Positions 57,714-64,000 of a stretch of 64,000 nt of DNA are shown here, one piece after another. Source of the stretch: Acidobacteriota bacterium (GTDB taxonomy: Bacteria; Acidobacteriota; Vicinamibacteria; Vicinamibacterales; 2-12-FULL-66-21); the NCBI GenBank assembly GCA_046735335.1, contig JBKPTE010000018.1, forward strand, positions 4,000 through 67,999, in the 5' to 3' direction. Positions within the stretch are counted from its first letter, which is position 1, and each line of letters begins with the position of its first letter. The translations under genes and the position numbers were made by a program. The notes under the pieces are model-generated. The model ran no database searches. It was not told where the DNA came from and worked only from the letters and a program-made list of their open reading frames with translations.

Positions 57714-58324
57714 ACTGGCCCGCACTCTTTCTCGGCAGCTTCGTGATTGGGTTGGTGTTCAGCGTCGTCTCGTTCGCGATGGGCGTGGCGGGATTCGATC
57801 TGCACGGCCACGCGCCGTTCGTGCACCACCCGCAGATCCCCCACGCACCGGGCCACGCACCAGACCTCGCACACGCTCACGCGCACGCGCGCGGCGACGG
57901 CGTGTCGCCGTTCAACTTCGCGACGCTGATGGCTTTCCTCGCATGGTTCGGCGGCACCGGCTATCTGCTCACGTCCCAGTTCCGCTGGCTGGCGCTGCCG
58001 TCGATGGCGGTCTCGACGATCGCCGGCATCGCCGGCGCATCGCTCGTGTTCCTCCTGATGTCACGCGTGCTCTGGTCGCCTCACGAGAACATGCGCATCG
58101 CCGATTCGCAGATCATCGGCGTCCTCGGGCGGGTGACGCAGCCGATCCGGGCCGACGGCATCGGCGAACTGATCTACTCGAGCGGCGGCACGCGGCGCTC
58201 CTGCGGCGCCCGCAGCGCCGATGGGCAGCCAATCGAAAAGGGCGCCGAAGTGATCGTCACCGCGTACGAGCGCGGCATCGCCTCGGTCAGGCGCTGGGAA
58301 GATCTCGCGGCGGAAAAGCTGTAA
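57710..58324 (+). CDS. NfeD/YqiJ-like membrane protein with His-rich loop and C-terminal OB fold
   Basis: TM segments, His-rich loop, G..GRVTQPI..GIGEL..ARSADGQPIEKGAEVIV. Confidence 0.8.
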   Translation: MNWPALFLGSFVIGLVFSVVSFAMGVAGFDLHGHAPFVHHPQIPHAPGHAPDLAHAHAHARGDGVSPFNFATLMAFLAWFGGTGYLLTSQFRWLALPSMAVSTIAGIAGASLVFLLMSRVLWSPHENMRIADSQIIGVLGRVTQPIRADGIGELIYSSGGTRRSCGARSADGQPIEKGAEVIVTAYERGIASVRRWEDLAAEKL

Positions 58325-58350
58325 CCGACGGGTCTTAAAGGAGGCCCTCT

Positions 58351-59796
58351 ATGGGGATGGGACTTGGATCGTTCGGGACGGGATTCTGGGTCATCGTCGG
58401 GCTGATGGTGCTGAGCGTGATCCTGCTCTCCTCTTTCCTCGCGTCGCTCTATCGGAAGGCAGGACCGCACGAAGCGCTCATCGTCTACGGCTTCCGCGGC
58501 ACGCGCATCGTCAAGGGGCATGGGACGGTCATCTTCCCGATGATCGAAGCGTGCCGTCAGCTGTCGCTGGAGCTGATGTCGTTCGACGTCGCCCCCGTGC
58601 AGGACCTCTATACCAAGCAGGGCGTCGCCGTCACGGTCGAAGCGGTCGCACAGATCAAGGTGAAGTCGGACGTCGAATCGATTCAGACGGCGTCGGAGCA
58701 GTTCCTGACGAAGACGCCGGATCAGCGCGAAAGCCTGATCCGCCTGGTCATGGAAGGCCACCTGCGCGGGATCATCGGACAGCTCACCGTCGAACAGATC
58801 GTGAAGGAGCCCGAGATGGTGGCCGAGCGGATGCGGTCCACCTGCGCCGACGACATGAACAAGATGGGGCTCGAGGTCGTGTCGTTCACGATCAAAGAGG
58901 TCCGCGACAAGAACGACTACATCGTCAACATGGGCCGGCCGGACGTGGCGCGCATCAAGCGCGACGCCGACGTCGCGGCGGCGGAAGCGGACCGAGACAT
59001 CGCAATCAAGCGCGCCGAAGCGACGCGAGCGTCGGCGATCGCCAAGGCCCAGGCCGACCAGGAGCGCGTGCTCGCCGAAACGCTGTCGCAGGCCAAGCAG
59101 GCGGAGGCCGAACGGGACCTCGAGATCAAGAAGGCGAACTTCCTCGAGACGGTCAAGAAGCAGCAGGCGCAGGCGGACAAGGCCTACGAGATCCAGACGA
59201 ACGTCATGCAGCAGCAGGTCGTGGCCGAAGCCGTCCGCGTCCAGCAGGTCGAGCGCGAACAGCAGGTGAAGGTGCAGGAAGCGGAAATCCTGCGCCGCGA
59301 GAAGGAGCTGATCGCGACCGTCCTCAAGCAGGCCGAAATCGAGCGGCAGCGGATCGAGGTGCTCGCCGATGCCGAACGCGAACGTCTCAAGACGGAGGCA
59401 GAAGGCCACGCGGCCGCAACGAGGGCGCAGGGCGAGGCCGAGGCGGAGATCATTTTCAGGAAGGGGGACGCCGAGGCGCGTGCGATGAACGTCAAGGCCG
59501 AAGCGTTCCAGGAGTACAACCAGGCGGCCGTCATCGACAAGCTGCTCACAGGCCTGCCCGATGTCGTCCGTGCGCTGGCGGCGCCGCTGTCCAACGTCGA
59601 CAAGATCACGATCGTCTCGACCGGCAACGGCAACTCGGCGGGCCTGCACAAGGTGACGGGCGACATCACGGAGATCGCCGCTCAGGTGCCGGCGCTCTTC
59701 GAGGCGCTCTCCGGCATGCCGATGAACGAGCTCCTCTCGAAGGTGCGCAAGATTGGAGATAAGGCGCCGCGTGCGGATCAAGCGGCCGGAGTCTAG
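58351..59796 (+). CDS. flotillin (SPFH) family protein
   Basis: N-terminal TM, SPFH domain, AEA-rich coiled coil, APLSNVDKITIV. Confidence 0.93.
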   Translation: MGMGLGSFGTGFWVIVGLMVLSVILLSSFLASLYRKAGPHEALIVYGFRGTRIVKGHGTVIFPMIEACRQLSLELMSFDVAPVQDLYTKQGVAVTVEAVAQIKVKSDVESIQTASEQFLTKTPDQRESLIRLVMEGHLRGIIGQLTVEQIVKEPEMVAERMRSTCADDMNKMGLEVVSFTIKEVRDKNDYIVNMGRPDVARIKRDADVAAAEADRDIAIKRAEATRASAIAKAQADQERVLAETLSQAKQAEAERDLEIKKANFLETVKKQQAQADKAYEIQTNVMQQQVVAEAVRVQQVEREQQVKVQEAEILRREKELIATVLKQAEIERQRIEVLADAERERLKTEAEGHAAATRAQGEAEAEIIFRKGDAEARAMNVKAEAFQEYNQAAVIDKLLTGLPDVVRALAAPLSNVDKITIVSTGNGNSAGLHKVTGDITEIAAQVPALFEALSGMPMNELLSKVRKIGDKAPRADQAAGV

Positions 59797-59818
59797 TTAG
59801 AAGGCAGAAGGCGCTGGG

Positions 59819-59896
59819 CCGCCCGCGAAGCGGGCGGACAGGCCAAAGGCCGTCGCGCGAAGCGCGTAATGCGCGTGGGGGTGGGACCCCACGCGC
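59819..59896. repeat. cluster of four short hairpins between flotillin and pspA
   Basis: CCGCCCGC-GAA-GCGGGCGG, GGCC-AAA-GGCC, CGCGC-GAA-GCGCG, GCGCGTGGGG-GTGGGA-CCCCACGCGC. Confidence 0.65.
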
Positions 59897-59917
59897 GCTA
59901 AGAATGGGAGCACTGCA

Positions 59918-60577
59918 ATGGCCGTACTCGAACGCGTGGCAACGCTGGTCCGGGCGAACCTCAACGATCTGATCGATCGCGCCGAGGACCCGGAAAAGAT
60001 GATCAAGCAGGTGATCCTCGACATGGAGAACCAGCTCCTGCAGGTGAAGACGCAGGTGGCGGTGGCCATGGCGGATCAGCACCTGCTGCGCAAGAAGCAG
60101 CAGGAGCACGAGGATCAGGCGGCGGAGTGGATGAAGAAAGCGGAGCTCGCCGTGGACAAGCAGCAGGACGATCTGGCGCGCGCGGCGCTCGCGCGCTATC
60201 AGAGCTTCACGAAGCTCGCCGAGGACTACGGACGCCAGAGCGACGATCAGAAGCTGCAGGTCGATACGCTCCGGAACGCGCTCGAGAAGCTCGATCAGAA
60301 GCTGAACGAAGCGCGCGCGAAGAGCGACCTCCTCGTCGCGCAACACCGGCGCGCCCTCGCGCTCGACCGCGCGAGCCAGGCGCAGCTCGCGATCGGCGAT
60401 CGGTCGACCGCCGCCGACTTCGATCGCCTGCGGTCGAAGGTCGTCCGCAGCGAGGCCATCAGCCAGGCCAAGGCGGAGCTCGTGGCCGACGATGTGGATC
60501 GGCGCTTCGAGGCGCTGCAGAAGGACGACGAGATCGGCCGGCTGCTGGATGCGCTGAAAGCGCGGCGAGGGGCGTAG
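59918..60577 (+). CDS. pspA: PspA/IM30 family protein
   Basis: ANLNDLIDRAEDPEKMIKQ, KAELAV...DDLARAAL. Confidence 0.93.
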   Translation: MAVLERVATLVRANLNDLIDRAEDPEKMIKQVILDMENQLLQVKTQVAVAMADQHLLRKKQQEHEDQAAEWMKKAELAVDKQQDDLARAALARYQSFTKLAEDYGRQSDDQKLQVDTLRNALEKLDQKLNEARAKSDLLVAQHRRALALDRASQAQLAIGDRSTAADFDRLRSKVVRSEAISQAKAELVADDVDRRFEALQKDDEIGRLLDALKARRGA

Positions 60578-60581
60578 GAAA

Positions 60582-60634
60582 GGCGGGTCTGAGAGACCTG
60601 CCCTACAGCGTGGGCCGGGTCTCTTAGACCCGGC
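60582..60634. repeat. inverted REP doublet
   Basis: GGCGGGTCTGAGAGACCTGCCCTAC and GTGGGCCGGGTCTCTTAGACCCGGC. Confidence 0.75.
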
Positions 60635-60645
60635 ACCGTGATATC

Positions 60646-62448
60646 GTGCGCGCCATGCCGCGCGCTGCTGCAACGCTCACGACCGCGCTCCTGTTCGGCG
60701 CGCTGCTGACGGCCGACGTCGGCAGCGCGCAATTCCGCACGCTGAACGATCGTTACGCGCCGCCCAGATTCACGGCGCTCGACGACTGGAAGCCGCGCGC
60801 GGCGTACCTGCGCGAGCACATCCTCGCCTCCGCCGGCCTGCTGCCTTCCCCCGAAAAGACGCCGCTCAATCCGGTCGTCTTCGACGAGATCGACCACAAG
60901 GACTACACCGTCTCGAAGGTGTACTTCGAAAGCCTTCCGGGGTTCCTGGTCACCGGCAACCTCTATCGTCCGATCGGCGACGGCCCCTTCCCTGCCGTCC
61001 TGAGCCCGCACGGCCACTGGGCATACGGTCGGCTCGAGAACACGGACCTCAATTCAGGACCGGGGCGCGCGATCAGTCTCGCGCGGCAGGGATTCGTCGT
61101 CTTCACCTACGACATGGTCGGGTACAACGACAGCCAGCAACTGCCGCACCGCACGTTCAGCGGCAAGCGCGAGTACCTGTGGTCGCTCAGCGTCGGCGGC
61201 CTGCAGCTCTGGGACAGCATCCGCAGCCTCGATTTTCTCGAATCGCTCCCCTACGTGAAGCGTGACGCGATTGGCGTGACCGGCGAGTCCGGCGGCGGCA
61301 CGCAGACATTCCTCGTCGCGGCCGTCGACGACCGCGTCGCCGTCGCCGTTCCCGTCAACATGATCTCGCTGCACATGCAGGGCGGCTGCATCTGCGAGAA
61401 CCCGCCGGGCCTGCGGCTCGACACGAACAACGTGGAGATTGCCGCAACGATCGCGCCGCGTCCGCTCCTGATGGTCTCGGCCACGGGCGACTGGACGAAC
61501 GAAACGATGGAGCTCGAATATCCCGCGGTGCGCGCGATCTATGGGCTGTTCGGCGCCGAGGATCGGGTGAAGGCGGTGCAGTTCAAGGCGGAGCACAACT
61601 ACAACAAGGACAGCCGCGAGGCGATGTACGCGTGGATGGCGCGATGGCTGCAACATCAGCCGGCCGATGTCGTCCGTGAAGAGAAAGCGTTCACGCCCGA
61701 TGCGCCGCCCGACCTGCTCGTCTTCCATCACCGGGCGCTGCCGTCCAACGCGGTCACGCGGGAGCAGCTGACGACGAACTGGATCGATGCGGCCACACGT
61801 CAACTCTCCACGATGCCGGTCGACGTCCGTACCCGCCTCCTTCGCCACGCGCTGGGCTACGGGGACGCGCCGCCGCCTTCGCGCTCCACGCCAGGGCGGA
61901 CAAGCGCACCCGCAGCCGCACAACGCACGCCGCACACGCACACCGTTCTCCTCGCCGGCGACGACCCGGTCGTCGCGCGGAGGCTTCGCGCGCGCGCGTT
62001 CACCGTCCAGCCGATCGCGTTCACGCCGTTCGACGCCGAGGCCGCGGCGAAGATCGACCATTTCGACACGTACAACCGCACCGCGGCAGGCGCCAACGTC
62101 GCGGACATCGTCAACGCCGTTCGGGAGCATCCGGGTGCCGCGCTCGTCGCCAGCGGCGATGCCGCAGCGGCGGCCCTCCTCGCGGCTGCGGTCGTCCCGG
62201 TACCGATCGCCGTGCTGGATCTCGGCGGCGTCGACCGGACCGACGACTGGTTCGCGGACCACTTCTACATTCCGGGCCTCCGCCGCGCGGGCGACTTCCA
62301 GACAGCCATCGACGGGGCGCGCGGTACCCTCGTCCTCCACAACGCGCGGCCCGACCTGGGTCTCCACGCGCCCGCCCTTCAGCAGCAGGCGCTCACGCCG
62401 GACGGCATCGCCTCGGCGATCCGCGCGCACCTCGACCACAGCCGCTAA
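60646..62448 (+). CDS. secreted alpha/beta hydrolase (acetylxylan esterase-like)
   Basis: FESLPGFLVTGNLY, PHGHW, GESGGG nucleophile elbow, APRPLL, HNY. Confidence 0.82.
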   Translation: MRAMPRAAATLTTALLFGALLTADVGSAQFRTLNDRYAPPRFTALDDWKPRAAYLREHILASAGLLPSPEKTPLNPVVFDEIDHKDYTVSKVYFESLPGFLVTGNLYRPIGDGPFPAVLSPHGHWAYGRLENTDLNSGPGRAISLARQGFVVFTYDMVGYNDSQQLPHRTFSGKREYLWSLSVGGLQLWDSIRSLDFLESLPYVKRDAIGVTGESGGGTQTFLVAAVDDRVAVAVPVNMISLHMQGGCICENPPGLRLDTNNVEIAATIAPRPLLMVSATGDWTNETMELEYPAVRAIYGLFGAEDRVKAVQFKAEHNYNKDSREAMYAWMARWLQHQPADVVREEKAFTPDAPPDLLVFHHRALPSNAVTREQLTTNWIDAATRQLSTMPVDVRTRLLRHALGYGDAPPPSRSTPGRTSAPAAAQRTPHTHTVLLAGDDPVVARRLRARAFTVQPIAFTPFDAEAAAKIDHFDTYNRTAAGANVADIVNAVREHPGAALVASGDAAAAALLAAAVVPVPIAVLDLGGVDRTDDWFADHFYIPGLRRAGDFQTAIDGARGTLVLHNARPDLGLHAPALQQQALTPDGIASAIRAHLDHSR

Positions 62449-62456
62449 CCGACGCC

Positions 62457-62486
62457 TTGACACTGCGTTAGCGCAAGACATACGCT
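62457..62486 (+). promoter_or_regulatory. sigma70-like promoter of TonB-dependent receptor
   Basis: TTGACA-18nt-TACGCT; GGAGG RBS downstream. Confidence 0.5.
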
Positions 62487-62527
62487 TTGGGGTTCGAGCA
62501 CTACTAACCAAAGAGGGAGGAAGGAAT

Positions 62528-64000
62528 ATGTCGTTTTACCGGCGCGTACTGGGTTGCAGCGCCGTGTTCGCAGGCATGCTGGCGCTGGCACTGCCGGCAG
62601 CCGCTCAGTTCGACCGGGGCCAGATCTCCGGTCGCGTACGAGACGCACAGGGTGCCGTGGTACCCGGTGCCACCGTCGTCGCGCAGAATACGCAGACGCA
62701 GATCGAGGCGACGACCGTCACCGACGGAACGGGGTTCTACACGTTCCCGAACCTGACGGCGGGCAAGTACAACGTCAGCGCGGAGCTGCAGGGTTTCAAG
62801 AAGGCGCTCCGGCAGAACGTCACGCTCGACGCGGCGGGCTCGCTGACGCTCGATTTCACGCTCGAAACCGGCGCGGTCACCGAATCGGTGACGGTCACGG
62901 CGGAGAGCGCTCCGCTCCAGTCCGACGTCGCGCTGCGCAAGACGATCGAATCGAAGGACATCGAGCAGCTTTCGTTCAACGGCCGCAACCCGATCGGCGT
63001 CGTCGGCCTGAAGCCGGGGGTCATCGGCGGCAACTTCAACAACTACAATTTCTCGGACCTGGGCAACGGCGGCTTCAGCATCAACGGCAGCCGCAGCGAC
63101 GAGAACAACATCACCGTCGACGGCGCCACGGCGATCCGGACGCGGTCGAACGGCGCGATCGTCGGGATCCAGAACGTCGACGCGTTGCAGGAAGTGCAGG
63201 TCCTGACGGGCGATTACATGCCCGAGTACGGCCGCGTGAGCGGGGGCCAGATCCGCATGATCACGAAGAGCGGCGGCAACCGGTTCAGCGGCAGCGGATC
63301 GTTCTTCTACCGCGACGACAAGCTGCAGGCGAACACCTGGACGCGCAACCACAGCGCGAACCAGACCGACCGCCAGACCGCGCCCTTCAACTACAAGCAG
63401 TACGGCTACTCGGCGGGCGGCCCGATCATGAAGGATCGGCTGTTCTTCTTCGCCGCGCAGGAGTGGGTGAACTACCTCGCCGGCCAGACGAACCTGGCGA
63501 CGGTGCCGACCGCGAAGATGCGCCAGGGGGACTTCAGCGAACTGCTGACGGCGAACAATGGATTCTTCAGCTCGCCGCAGATCATCCGCGACCCGGGCAC
63601 CGGCCAGCCGTTCCCGGGCAACATCATCCCGAAGGATCGCCTGAGCGCGAACGGGCTGGCGCTGCTGAGCGCCTACCCGCTGCCCACGCCGGGCTTTCAG
63701 CAGGGCACGTCGAACGCGATTCTCAACAGCGAGAACCCGCAGGATCAGCGGAAGGACAACTTTCGGTTCGACTACCACCCGAACAACAACAACATGATCA
63801 CGTATCGCTACGGGAAGTACAGCTGGACGGCGGTCGACGCCTTCCGCGGCACGTTCCCGTACGCGCGCACGGACTGGGATCGTCCCAATACCACGCAGAC
63901 GTTGAGCTGGACGAGCACGATCAAGAGCAACCTGGTGAACGAGGCGAGCTATACGTATTCGCTCGACCAGGTGTTCATCAATGTGTTCAAGAGCGATCTG
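62528..64000 (+). CDS. Oar-like TonB-dependent receptor (3' truncated by window edge)
   Basis: ATG 62528: MSFYRRV...AQFDRGQISGRVRDAQGAVVPGATV...NGRNP...PEYGR; frame open to window end. Confidence 0.9.
   Translation, partial: MSFYRRVLGCSAVFAGMLALALPAAAQFDRGQISGRVRDAQGAVVPGATVVAQNTQTQIEATTVTDGTGFYTFPNLTAGKYNVSAELQGFKKALRQNVTLDAAGSLTLDFTLETGAVTESVTVTAESAPLQSDVALRKTIESKDIEQLSFNGRNPIGVVGLKPGVIGGNFNNYNFSDLGNGGFSINGSRSDENNITVDGATAIRTRSNGAIVGIQNVDALQEVQVLTGDYMPEYGRVSGGQIRMITKSGGNRFSGSGSFFYRDDKLQANTWTRNHSANQTDRQTAPFNYKQYGYSAGGPIMKDRLFFFAAQEWVNYLAGQTNLATVPTAKMRQGDFSELLTANNGFFSSPQIIRDPGTGQPFPGNIIPKDRLSANGLALLSAYPLPTPGFQQGTSNAILNSENPQDQRKDNFRFDYHPNNNNMITYRYGKYSWTAVDAFRGTFPYARTDWDRPNTTQTLSWTSTIKSNLVNEASYTYSLDQVFINVFKSDL

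Noticed and set aside
1..64000. tRNA/rRNA genes, IS transposases, prophage or known defence systems
   Set aside because: No recognisable signatures seen by eye; covariance-model and HMM searches were not possible

Overview
High-GC bacterial chromosome segment. Two orphan duplicated (ADOP-type) ABC permeases, a VWA-related protein, Oar-like TonB-dependent receptors and a PEGA protein point to Acidobacteriota, probably Vicinamibacteria (inference). Main blocks: (1) a small stress-type gene islet plus cheB/cheR-PAS remnants; (2) a tightly coupled 12-gene minus-strand cassette (2 NDP-sugar epimerases, B12/radical SAM, 5 glycosyltransferases, nucleotidyltransferase, ABC exporter, methyltransferase, an apparently circularly permuted GH-A-like protein) resembling the 'rhizo-twelve' cassette of unknown product; (3) a lanthanide-type PQQ dehydrogenase operon (xoxF-xoxJ-cytochrome c) continuing into a caa3-like oxidase whose subunit I lacks the canonical D- and K-channel residues; (4) transhydrogenase genes lacking the NAD-binding subunit; (5) a two-component system, Ser/Thr kinase, GH27 enzyme and mrpA-G antiporter; (6) an XRE-NfeD-flotillin-PspA envelope-stress operon. 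Non-coding DNA is rich in GTAG-type REP palindromes (several lying in frame inside genes), short tandem arrays, two long inverted-repeat elements and recurring sigma54-like promoters. No rRNA, tRNA, CRISPR array or transposase was recognised. Family assignments are from motif recognition only; no searches were run.
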